Assembly (NCBI GenBank): GCA_938091905.1
Contig: CALKOM010000038.1
Location: 1-22,325, forward strand
Direction: 5' to 3'
Length of the DNA: 22,325 nt
Source: an uncultured Verrucomicrobiales bacterium
GTDB taxonomy: Bacteria > Verrucomicrobiota > Verrucomicrobiia > Verrucomicrobiales > DEV007
The notes beneath the pieces were generated by a model. That model had not been told where the DNA came from and ran no database searches. It saw only the letters and a list, made by a program, of their open reading frames with translations. The translations under genes were made by a program, and so were the position numbers. Positions 1 to 8,335 of this stretch are shown here, in pieces (position 1 is the first letter of the stretch; each line of letters begins with the position of its first letter).

Positions 1-214
1 AGCCCCATGGGGATCGCCGCTTCTTGATCGTGGGGATCACGACCGATGCCTGTGTGAATGCGACCCTGATTCCCGGTTCCACTCGCAACTACCGCATCAC
101 GACTGTTTGCGATGCGATGGCGACCGTGCATGATCATCATCACGAGGTCTGCCTACCACTTGGCAGAACAAGTTCGCCCGGTTGGCCACCAACGAGGATA
201 TCGTGACAGAATAG
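1..214 (+). pseudogene. 3' part of a cysteine hydrolase/isochorismatase-family gene, frameshifted (pseudogene or sequence errors)
   Basis: IVGITTDACVNAT...YRITTVCDAMAT...HEVCL matches the family G-x-x-T-D-x-C-V-x-x-T catalytic Cys segment and the following D-A-x-A...H helix. The expected C-terminus (TTWQNKFARLATNEDIVTE*) is in another frame, 155-214. Confidence 0.7.
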
Positions 215-295
215 AACAGGTCGGTAACTTACGTCGCAATCGAATTTCTGGACACTACGGGATCTCAGGTCCCCAGCGGTTTGGCGAGAAATCAG

Positions 296-352
296 TTTTC
301 AAACTCCAAATTAGGTTTATACTATGGAAATTGTGAAATTTAAACAAATAAC
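296..352 (+). promoter_or_regulatory. AT-rich upstream region with a possible sigma70 -10 box (TATACT, 318-323)
   Basis: Clear AT enrichment just before the ATG at 353; -10-like hexamer present but no convincing -35. Confidence 0.3.
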
Positions 353-733
353 ATGAACGCACGAACTACTTGGTCCGGCCTCCGATTCAGGATCACCATC
401 CTGTCTGTGGTTCTGTCAGTCAGCTCTCTAAAAGGGGGCACGATCAACGTGAGCTACACCGCTCAGCCAGGTCAGCCATATGTGCAAGATCCTGAAGGGA
501 ATCCCCTGACTGCTGGCAACGAGGTAAGGGTCGGATATTTCTTACCCGGCTTCGATGTGGCTGGCCAAGCGGACGACCTCCAGGCCTTGAATGACGCATG
601 GGTCAGCTATCAGTCGGACGACGACAGCCGCTTCATTCGGACTCTATCATGTCAACAGGGGCGCTTCACTTCCACCCACAGTCGTGAAGCTGGCACCTTT
701 CCTGGAAAGAAGATCTACCTTTTATCAAGTTAG
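353..733 (+). CDS. Exported hypothetical protein, probably a C-terminally truncated remnant
   Basis: Signal-peptide-like N-terminus (RFRITILSVVLSVSSLKG). GNPLTAGNEVRVGYF and FPGKKIYL resemble the N-terminal region of verrucomicrobial exoproteins; the ORF ends abruptly after KKIYL, and its stop overlaps the next start. Confidence 0.5.
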   Translation: MNARTTWSGLRFRITILSVVLSVSSLKGGTINVSYTAQPGQPYVQDPEGNPLTAGNEVRVGYFLPGFDVAGQADDLQALNDAWVSYQSDDDSRFIRTLSCQQGRFTSTHSREAGTFPGKKIYLLSS

Positions 734-1374
734 TGGTCCATCTTCGTAAATCCCCCTGGTATCATCGCCTAATACTGGCAGTTGCTGTGTTCGGACTAGC
801 GGGTTGCCGTGAGGCTACCGGTCCCTATGAAATCACTGAAGTTCGAGAGATGGATCCGGATCATGGGTTCGAGCAGCCGATTCTCGGAAGTTCGAGCGCT
901 GATCGATTCGGCTATTCGGCAGCTCCGGCGAGTGGACTGTTGCCTGCTCTGACATGGGACGTGCCCAAGGGCTGGAAGGAAGTGGCTGTGACAGCCATGC
1001 GGCAGGCCAATTTGCGCTTCGGCCCAGCGGACGAAGGGGAATGCTATCTAGCGAGTGCGGGCGGTGGCTTGTTAGCCAATTTGAATCGATGGAGAAGGCA
1101 GATGGGATTGGAGCCCGTCGATCAGGCGGCAGCTGATGCCTTGCCTGAACAGATGCTGATGGGGCAGCCTGCAACGCTGATGTCTTTGAAAGGCACGTTC
1201 ACTGGCATGGGCGCGAGTCCGAAAAAGAATTATGGGCTGCACGGCTTGATTCTCGAGATTGATGGTCGTGGAAGGTTTGTGAAGATGACAGGTCCTAGCC
1301 CACTGGTGTCTGCGAACATCGCGCAGTTCGATGCCTTTGTCCGGTCCCTGAGCGTGACCAAGCAGTCGCCATGA
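733..1374 (+). CDS. Conserved hypothetical lipoprotein, first gene of the cytochrome c biogenesis operon
   Basis: Lipobox LAGC after a basic/hydrophobic leader; motifs WDVPKGW, MRQANL, GGLLANLNRWRRQMGL, FVKMTGP; ATGA overlap with resB. Confidence 0.8.
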   Translation: MVHLRKSPWYHRLILAVAVFGLAGCREATGPYEITEVREMDPDHGFEQPILGSSSADRFGYSAAPASGLLPALTWDVPKGWKEVAVTAMRQANLRFGPADEGECYLASAGGGLLANLNRWRRQMGLEPVDQAAADALPEQMLMGQPATLMSLKGTFTGMGASPKKNYGLHGLILEIDGRGRFVKMTGPSPLVSANIAQFDAFVRSLSVTKQSP

Positions 1375-2606
1375 GATTTCTTTATAAACTCTACAAGATC
1401 CTCTCCTCCTATTGGTTAGCGGCGGTGACGCTTTTCTTCATGACGGTGGTCACCTTGGTCGGGACGCTGGATCAAGTGGATCTGGGCCTTTGGGAAGCCA
1501 AGCAGCGCTATTTCCATTCTTTCTTTACCTCATACAAAGGGATTCCGCTGCCTGGTGGACTCCTCTTAATGATGCTTCTGTTTGTAAACATGGTATTTGG
1601 TGGCATGGTTCATGTCCGGAAGAAGTGGCGTGGCTTGCCTCTCTTAATTTCTCACTTTGGCATGTTGTTTCTGCTTGTGAGTGGTTTTGTTACCTGGACC
1701 CAAACACGGGATGGCTTTGTTGCCGTGTATGCTGGTCAAGTGTCTGACCGTGCGCAAAGTTATCGGGATTGGCAGATTGAGATTCTTGAGGTGAACGAAG
1801 AGGGGCAGGCGACAAAGGCGCATACAATCCCAACGGAAGTGTTAGCCAAGTTGGGGCCCACAGATTCAAGGAAATGTATGAGTGACGCCTTGCCGTTCTC
1901 GCTCACGATTGACCGTTGGTTTGAGAACGCCGCGGTTCTCCCGACATCGGCTCCTCTTGCTGCCGATTTGCCGGGGAAGGTGATTGATGGGTTCAAAGTG
2001 AAGGCGGAGAAAGGGGCGAAAGAGCGTTCCAGGAACTTCCCAGCCTGCTATCTGACGATTCGCCCTGAATCGGGAGAAGCTTCTGAGGTTATCCTTTGGG
2101 GACTCTCGGCTAAGTATGACCCGCGTTCGTCGACGAGTGCCTACACGTTCGAAGTGGCTGGTCGGCAATGGGCCCTTCAATTGGTGAAGAAGAGTTGGCC
2201 AATCGCTTTCGCCATTCGGCTAGATCGTTTTCTCTATGAGAAACATCCTGGCACGATGACGCCCAAGAATTTCGAGAGCCGGATCACCCGATTGGATTCG
2301 CTCGATGCGGCCGAGGGGAAGCGCGTGGCGATTCAGATGAACAAGCCCATGCGTCACGATGGGTTTGTTGTCTTTCAAGAAAGCTATGGCACACGGGAAA
2401 AAGGGCCGGATCCCGAGTATTATTCGCAGTTTGCCGTGTCGGACAATCCTGCGGATCAGTGGCCACTTTACGCGCTTATTGTCACCGGCGTCGGTCTTAC
2501 TCTACATTTCATCATGAAACTTGTGGGCTTTAAGGGGGCTGCCGAACGGAATCGGCGCCAACGCCGTGAGGCCTCTGCCAACTTAGATTCGGCTTCTACA
2601 TCATGA
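1371..2606 (+). CDS. resB: Cytochrome c biogenesis protein ResB/CcsB (System II)
   Basis: Three N-terminal TM segments, the third with a His (LISHFG); large periplasmic domain with F-x-I-R-L-x-x-F, P-K-N-F-E-S and I-x-M-N-x-P...FQESY motifs; C-terminal TM helix; directly upstream of ccsA. Confidence 0.88.
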   Translation: MRFLYKLYKILSSYWLAAVTLFFMTVVTLVGTLDQVDLGLWEAKQRYFHSFFTSYKGIPLPGGLLLMMLLFVNMVFGGMVHVRKKWRGLPLLISHFGMLFLLVSGFVTWTQTRDGFVAVYAGQVSDRAQSYRDWQIEILEVNEEGQATKAHTIPTEVLAKLGPTDSRKCMSDALPFSLTIDRWFENAAVLPTSAPLAADLPGKVIDGFKVKAEKGAKERSRNFPACYLTIRPESGEASEVILWGLSAKYDPRSSTSAYTFEVAGRQWALQLVKKSWPIAFAIRLDRFLYEKHPGTMTPKNFESRITRLDSLDAAEGKRVAIQMNKPMRHDGFVVFQESYGTREKGPDPEYYSQFAVSDNPADQWPLYALIVTGVGLTLHFIMKLVGFKGAAERNRRQRREASANLDSASTS

Positions 2607-4870
2607 GCGCGCCATCAACAAGGGACGAAGGGTCGAAACTATTGCTAGTCACGTATGTCGTGGTGTGTGTGTGTCTCATCATTGGTCTTGTCGCAGCAAT
2701 GAAGTCGGCCATGTTCTTGGCGCGCAATGCTAGGAATGCGAAAAGTATTGAAACGAGCATCGCCTCGTATGAGAAGTGGCCGGAATCGGTTCGTGAGGAG
2801 TTTCGACCAATGCTGGTGCAGAACGGCGGGCGGGTGAAACCTGCCTATACCTTTGCTCGATTCACCTTGTTGCAGATGAACAACAGCAGTGCCGTGAAGT
2901 TTGAAACACGGGATGGAGAGAAGTACCGGTTGTCACCCGATGAATGGCTTCTCGATGTCCTCTTTCGTGGGGAGTTGGCCAAGGATCTGCCGATCTTCAA
3001 TGTGGATGATACGGAAGCGGTCAGTGGTCTTGGCGTTCTCCCGAAGGAGGGTAATAAGGAGCACCACAAGCGTGATCGTTATTCCTACAATCAGCTGCTG
3101 GTCGCGCGTGGAAAGTTGGCTGAAGAGGGGCGCCGGATCAGCGAGAAAGATGCCAACTATCAGAGGTCGGAGAAGGATCCTCAATACGAGCTCACGCGAA
3201 TTGAGGGAATCACCAAACGCTTGAGTCAGAATGTGAGTATGTTTGAGTATTTGGTAGGGCAGTTCAACGTTGCCCGGAATGGGGAAAGTCTCAAGCTGCG
3301 AGAAGATCTGCAGGTTCTCGCCGAGAATTTTGATGCGATCGGGTTGATGGAACGTGTGCCGCAATTGACTGAATCTCAGCTCATGCAATTTGTACAGGAG
3401 CCAGCGCCTTCGCCAGATGAGCAAACGCTGCAGTCGGCGTTTCAGCTGTACTGGTTCTTTGCCAATGCCGGTCGCTATTTCCAGATCCTTCCACCGAAGG
3501 ATCCCATGGTTGACGAATGGGTTAGTGTGGGGGATGTGTTATTTCAGGGTTTGGCTAGTCGTGACTCTCGTCCCTGGGCCAAAGGGCATCTTGAGTTGCT
3601 CACGACGCTCGTGCGCAGCGAAAAGGCGTTGTGGACCGGTGGCGACGCGGCTCAAGCAACCTTTGTGAACCAACTTGGGGCGTTTGTGGGCATGCAGTAT
3701 GGAGCGGCTTCAGAGAGGAAACAGGCTCGACATGAGGCGCTGAGCGCTGAGCTAGCCGTTGCCGAGAATGACTTTGAGAGGGAGCGCCTTGAGACGCGGC
3801 AAGGGAATCTGAAAGTTGAGGGAGCGAAGGCTGCACGAGAAGTGGGGCTCTACATGGGGGGGGCCTTTGCCAAGAGCCTCGTCTGCTTCGTTTTCGGATT
3901 TCTTGTGTTAGCGCTTAGTTGGCTGGTGCCGGGATCCAAATTTGCCCGCGGCATCACGGTTGCTACGGTTCTCTTGTTAGGGCTCGGCTTGGTATTCAAT
4001 GTCTATGGCATCACGATACGTTCAGTGATTCGTAGCCGACCTCCGATCACAAATCTCTACGATACGATCATTTTTATCACGGGCATCGCGGTCTTTCTGG
4101 CTTTGATGATCGAGTTCTTCACACGACGAGGGATTGGTCTCTTGTTGGCAGCGATTTGTGGTGCTGGAGGCATGTTCTTGTCCATTCGCTATGAAGTGAA
4201 GGAGGCCGTGGACACGATGGATCCGCTCCAGGCCGTGCTCGATACGAATCTGTGGCTTGCTACCCATGTCACCACGATTAATATTGGTTACGCCGCAGGA
4301 ATGTTAGCAGCCTTTCTCGGTGTTTACTACTTATTGTACCGATTCCTGAGACCGTTAAAGCGTGTCTTTCGCCAACTGCGAACTGGCGAGCAAGGTGAGA
4401 TCTTTCACGAGGACAAGGAGTCGCGTGACTACGCAAAGACACTGGTGAAGATGGCTTACGGTATCGTGTGTTTCTGCCTGTTCTTCTCTCTCATAGGGAC
4501 AGTGCTTGGCGGCATCTGGGCGAACTACAGTTGGGGGCGTTTCTGGGGTTGGGATCCAAAGGAGAATGGTGCGCTTATGATTTGTCTTTGGACGTTGGTA
4601 ATCTTGCACATGCGTCTTGGTGGCTATGCTAAAGATGTTGGGATCGCTGTTCTGTCAGTTGTCCTTGGAGTGATTGTGACCTTCTCCTGGTGGGGAGTGA
4701 ACAATCTAGGTGTGGGGCTGCATAGTTACGGTTTCACGGAGGGCGTGTGGCCGGCACTCTATGTGAGCTGGGCAGAGGCAGGTTTGATCATGAGTTGTGG
4801 GCTACCTCTGTGGCTTCATGGGCAATTGCAGAAACGGCGTAAGGCCGCTTCGAAGCTGGCCCAAGCCTAA
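2603..4870 (+). CDS. ccsA: Cytochrome c biogenesis protein CcsA/ResC (System II heme lyase) with a long N-terminal periplasmic domain
   Basis: WWD motif WANYSWGRFWGWDPKEN; conserved His in WLATHV, LHMRL and GLHSYG; RPPITNLYD; ATGA overlap with resB. Confidence 0.95.
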   Translation: MSAPSTRDEGSKLLLVTYVVVCVCLIIGLVAAMKSAMFLARNARNAKSIETSIASYEKWPESVREEFRPMLVQNGGRVKPAYTFARFTLLQMNNSSAVKFETRDGEKYRLSPDEWLLDVLFRGELAKDLPIFNVDDTEAVSGLGVLPKEGNKEHHKRDRYSYNQLLVARGKLAEEGRRISEKDANYQRSEKDPQYELTRIEGITKRLSQNVSMFEYLVGQFNVARNGESLKLREDLQVLAENFDAIGLMERVPQLTESQLMQFVQEPAPSPDEQTLQSAFQLYWFFANAGRYFQILPPKDPMVDEWVSVGDVLFQGLASRDSRPWAKGHLELLTTLVRSEKALWTGGDAAQATFVNQLGAFVGMQYGAASERKQARHEALSAELAVAENDFERERLETRQGNLKVEGAKAAREVGLYMGGAFAKSLVCFVFGFLVLALSWLVPGSKFARGITVATVLLLGLGLVFNVYGITIRSVIRSRPPITNLYDTIIFITGIAVFLALMIEFFTRRGIGLLLAAICGAGGMFLSIRYEVKEAVDTMDPLQAVLDTNLWLATHVTTINIGYAAGMLAAFLGVYYLLYRFLRPLKRVFRQLRTGEQGEIFHEDKESRDYAKTLVKMAYGIVCFCLFFSLIGTVLGGIWANYSWGRFWGWDPKENGALMICLWTLVILHMRLGGYAKDVGIAVLSVVLGVIVTFSWWGVNNLGVGLHSYGFTEGVWPALYVSWAEAGLIMSCGLPLWLHGQLQKRRKAASKLAQA

Positions 4871-6120
4871 TTTCCTGTGGGATTTAAATCGACGCAGCTA
4901 AGTCTCTTGGCATCTCTTACCACGATCTTGCCGTCGGCGTAGGCGGGGTGACACCAGTTCTTGCCACATACCTGCGCGCGACTGACTTCGCTGTAGGCGG
5001 CTGGATCGGCCTTGAAGAGGATCAGCTCCCCCATGTCCGTGAGCATCATGATCTTATCACCCATGCCAATGAAGGCAGCGAACGCACGACGGTCTCCAGT
5101 GTTGATCAGGCCCTCTTGAGCCCAAGTTTGCTTACCGGTCTTGGCATTGATACAGACGACTGTCTCGCTGATGAGCATGAAGAGGTGATCGCCAATACTG
5201 ACTGGACTACTAATGTTAGGTCCGCCTTTATCTTTGGAGCGTTTCCAGGCTTCTTCTATCCGGACCTTCCCGTTCTTGTTGATGATTCGGGTGGCAATCA
5301 GGCCAACTTGATGTGAGCCGACAATGACCAAGTCTTTGTAGATGACGGGTGCAACGACGTGGCGCCCATAATCCGTCGACATGGGCACGCGCCAGAGGAG
5401 TGATCCATCGTTTCGATCCACGCTCATCAGGCCCTCTACCGTGAAGCACAGCACTTGCTTTACGCCACTAATCGTTGCGACTAGGGGTGGCGAGTAAGCG
5501 GCTTCGTCATCCTGAGATTGCCACACGACGTCGCCTGTTCGCTTGTCGAGACAGACCACGGCGGCACCTGGCGCACCTGCTAGCGTGATGACGTGATCAC
5601 CATCGATGGATGGACTGGCATTATAACCATGGCGGCTTCCGCCCACTGCGGTACCTTTCTCGCCAAAGTAAGGCGCCTTGAAGTCGGTCTGGTAGTTCTT
5701 CTTCCACAGGAGGTCACCCGTCTTCGCGTTGACGCAATGCAACTCGCCCATGCACGACTGCATGAGCATGATCTCGCCGTCCGTGACTGGTGCGCATCGA
5801 GGGCCCGTGCCGAATCCATCTTTGTGCGGCTTATCTAATTCATGGTGCCAGATCGGTTTTCCGTCAGCCAAGTTGAGCGCGTGGAACGTTTCATTGCGTT
5901 TCTGTAAGTCTCCAAAGATGACTCGATCGTTGCTGATGATCGGCGCGGCGTAGCCGTCGGTCGCAGGAACTCGCCAAAGCACGCGTGGCTCTTCTGGTAA
6001 GGTGTCCAACAGGTGGCCATCGGAAGGGACGTTGCCATCCTGCTGGGGGCCACGTTGATGAGGCCAATCGGCGGCCATAGCAAAGCTGATGGAGGAGAGG
6101 AGGACAAGAATGGATCGCAT
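4867..6120 (-). CDS. PQQ-binding-like beta-propeller repeat protein, exported
   Basis: Likely start at 6120 (MRSILVLLSSISFAMA-ADWPHQRGP) rather than 6156; repeated C/A-x-D/N-x-x-T/D-G-x-x-x-W blade motifs; W-x-H-P-A-Y-A-D-G C-terminus typical of the PVC-expanded family. Confidence 0.9.
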   Translation of the reverse strand: MRSILVLLSSISFAMAADWPHQRGPQQDGNVPSDGHLLDTLPEEPRVLWRVPATDGYAAPIISNDRVIFGDLQKRNETFHALNLADGKPIWHHELDKPHKDGFGTGPRCAPVTDGEIMLMQSCMGELHCVNAKTGDLLWKKNYQTDFKAPYFGEKGTAVGGSRHGYNASPSIDGDHVITLAGAPGAAVVCLDKRTGDVVWQSQDDEAAYSPPLVATISGVKQVLCFTVEGLMSVDRNDGSLLWRVPMSTDYGRHVVAPVIYKDLVIVGSHQVGLIATRIINKNGKVRIEEAWKRSKDKGGPNISSPVSIGDHLFMLISETVVCINAKTGKQTWAQEGLINTGDRRAFAAFIGMGDKIMMLTDMGELILFKADPAAYSEVSRAQVCGKNWCHPAYADGKIVVRDAKRLSCVDLNPTGN

Positions 6121-6156
6121 ATGAGAGTCTGGGCTGACGCCCAGGTTGATGTCCAC

Positions 6157-7551
6157 CTAGATTAGCCCCGGAATCGGCTCTCCATCAGTGATGAGTCGGG
6201 CAACCTCGCGGGGAAGGTGATCGAGGAGCCGAGCCTGGCCCACGTCAAACAAGGTGTGCATCAAGGTGCTGATGAGGTGCGATTGGGTCACGATCTCGCT
6301 ATTCGGTTCCCCTGCGTCCCGCGTGGATTCGCCGATGACGCGGCCCATTTCCAGACCGCCGCCAGAGAGAAGCAGCGGAGCGAGTTTTCCCCAGTGATCG
6401 CGCCCACCCTTTGCATTGATTCGTGGCGTGCGGCCCATTTCACCGCAGCAGACTAGCATGATCTTGTCGCTCAAGCCGCGTTCATGCACATCCTCGATGA
6501 ATGCTGAGACCGCATGATCGAAGGGCTGTCCCACATAGCGCATGCCCTCGGTCATGGTCGCATTGTTTGCATCGGCATGCATGTCCCAGACGAAGTTTGT
6601 CGTCACAGTGACAAAGCCACAACCGCGTTCACAGAGACGCCGAGCCATGAGCATGAGCTTGCCTAACGACTGACCATGATCGCGGTAGTTCTTGTGATTG
6701 TTCCATACCTTACGGATGCTGCTAGGAGAAACCAAAGGGCTCGTGTCGTAGCGGGCTAAGGTGCGTGGGTCTTCCTTCGACAGGTCGAAGGCATCGGAAA
6801 CACCTCCAATGATGGTGTCGAAGGCTTGTTCTTGAAACGTATTCAGTCCGGACCCACCGCTCTTGTCCAAGGTGCGCTTCAGATCATCCAGCTGGTCTAA
6901 CAAATGACGGCGATCATCGAGACGCTGACGTGCTAGATGCAGTGTCATGTCTTTTTGAAGATCACCACCTGACCCGGGCATGAAGGGCGCGTAGACCGAG
7001 CCTACGGGGCCCGTTGCCTCAAACTTACCAAACTGGCGCGTCACTTCTTGCGCGGCTTCATCGACGGCGCGTGGTAGTAGCGTGACATTGGTAGGCATGC
7101 CAGAGGCTGGCCGAGTAGCGCCTGCTACCCTAGCATAAATCGATCCTAGATTTGCTTCCAAGGACTGCTTTCCCACGATCGGCTTGATATCATGATTCCC
7201 ATCGCCCGTTGCAAAGGAACGAACGACCACACTTCGATGCGCTTGCCTGGCCAACCGAGTCATTGTGCCGCCGTAAGTTATGCCGGGAATGCTCGTTGGA
7301 ATCTCACCCGTGGTGCTGCGGATTTCAGAAGGTGCCGTCATCTTTGGATCGAAGGTCTCGATCTGAGACGGACCACCATGCATGAACAGAAAGACAACTG
7401 ATTTGTCCTTCAACGAACGCCCTAACCCATTCGCTTTAGACTGCGCCTGAAGGAGCTGTGGCAGCGACAGCCCTCCCAAGGCCAAACTGCCGACCTGAAG
7501 AAAGGTTCGGCGGGAAGTGGAAGGTTGGGAATGATCGTGAAACCGCAGCAT
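6157..7551 (-). CDS. DUF1501 domain protein, Tat-exported
   Basis: Twin-arginine SRRTFLQ; GGPSQIETFDPK, ARRLCERG, WDMH, GEMGRTP and GRDHW motifs. Confidence 0.92.
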   Translation of the reverse strand: MLRFHDHSQPSTSRRTFLQVGSLALGGLSLPQLLQAQSKANGLGRSLKDKSVVFLFMHGGPSQIETFDPKMTAPSEIRSTTGEIPTSIPGITYGGTMTRLARQAHRSVVVRSFATGDGNHDIKPIVGKQSLEANLGSIYARVAGATRPASGMPTNVTLLPRAVDEAAQEVTRQFGKFEATGPVGSVYAPFMPGSGGDLQKDMTLHLARQRLDDRRHLLDQLDDLKRTLDKSGGSGLNTFQEQAFDTIIGGVSDAFDLSKEDPRTLARYDTSPLVSPSSIRKVWNNHKNYRDHGQSLGKLMLMARRLCERGCGFVTVTTNFVWDMHADANNATMTEGMRYVGQPFDHAVSAFIEDVHERGLSDKIMLVCCGEMGRTPRINAKGGRDHWGKLAPLLLSGGGLEMGRVIGESTRDAGEPNSEIVTQSHLISTLMHTLFDVGQARLLDHLPREVARLITDGEPIPGLI

Positions 7552-7715
7552 GACAGAGCTAATACGAACAGAAACAGGTCCGACTGTCGAGTCAATGTCG
7601 TTGGGAGACGCGAAGCCGGTTAGTCGTGCCTTAGACCACGAATGGACGGTATTCTCTGCTTGGGGGCGACGAAGCGACCGATGACAGCAGCCAAAACTGT
7701 AGTGCTAATGATATC

Positions 7716-7856
7716 ATGAGTGAGGCTACCACATGGACCCTGTGGCGTCAGGATGACAACGGAAGCTCTGCGGTCATTGCTAGAAGGCTTGAGAAGAGTG
7801 TCGCAGAGTCTAGGCTTGCAGAGTTGGAGCCGCGAGGGCACAAACAACACTACTGA
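7716..7856 (+). pseudogene. Small RQDDNG/GHKQxYW-type domain (often auto-annotated as SPOR-like) ending at an in-frame TGA; in frame with the downstream VOC gene
   Basis: Hand translation from ATG 7716: MSEATTWTLWRQDDNGSSAVIARRLEKSVAESRLAELEPRGHKQHY*IEPEACEV. TGA (7854-7856) sits where I recall a conserved Trp in this family. Absent from the ORF track (46 aa). Confidence 0.65.
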
Positions 7857-7877
7857 ATTGAGCCTGAGGCGTGTGAG

Positions 7878-8249
7878 GTGCCTACAACTTTGAATCTCGT
7901 GTTGATACGAGTGGAGGACATAGAGTGGTCGAAGGCATTCTTCGAGTTGCTGGGTTTTCGGTTTTCCCGTCATCAACATGGTAATGGTTCAGAACACTAT
8001 GCGTGTGAGTTTCCAACGTTTGTGTTCGAAATCTATCCCCGTTTGGAAACGCCTAGCGTTGGCGCAAGAATTGGTTTCTCGGTTGCTTCTGTCGAAAGGG
8101 CAGTTTGTGCGATCCGCGAGGCGGGGTATGCAGTACTGAGCCAACCAAAGGACTCTCCCTGGGGGCGCAGAGCAGTGGTCAGAGACCTAGATGGCCATCA
8201 CGTCGAACTTACGACTCCGGTGGGAGCTGAACGAGTCTCGGGAGACTAG
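7878..8249 (+). CDS. VOC/glyoxalase/bleomycin-resistance family protein
   Basis: LNLVLIRVEDIE...FFELLG, HGNGSEHYA, FEIYP, IGFSV, P-x-D-S-P-W-G-R-R-A-V-V-x-D-x-D-G-H-x-V-E-L. Confidence 0.88.
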   Translation: MPTTLNLVLIRVEDIEWSKAFFELLGFRFSRHQHGNGSEHYACEFPTFVFEIYPRLETPSVGARIGFSVASVERAVCAIREAGYAVLSQPKDSPWGRRAVVRDLDGHHVELTTPVGAERVSGD

Positions 8250-8335
8250 CCAACAAGCATTCTGTGGTTCTGGTGCTGCGTTAGATGCTTGGGGCAATCT
8301 TTGAACCCATATCTGTTTGCTAAGCGGCTCTAGCT

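Noticed and set aside
112..336. 74-aa plus-strand ORF
   Set aside because: Overlaps the isochorismatase remnant in another frame and runs into AT-rich intergenic DNA; no recognisable motif.
4867..6120. Calling the propeller BamB or a PQQ dehydrogenase
   Set aside because: No lipobox, no bam-type gene context and no recognisable dehydrogenase catalytic motifs; it fits the generic PVC-expanded family.
7854..7856. TGA as evidence of an alternative genetic code or selenocysteine
   Set aside because: Many intact genes here end in TGA, Trp is encoded by TGG throughout, and the expected residue is Trp rather than Cys.
7620..7979. 119-aa minus-strand ORF
   Set aside because: Antisense to the RQDDNG micro-domain and VOC gene, which explain the region better.
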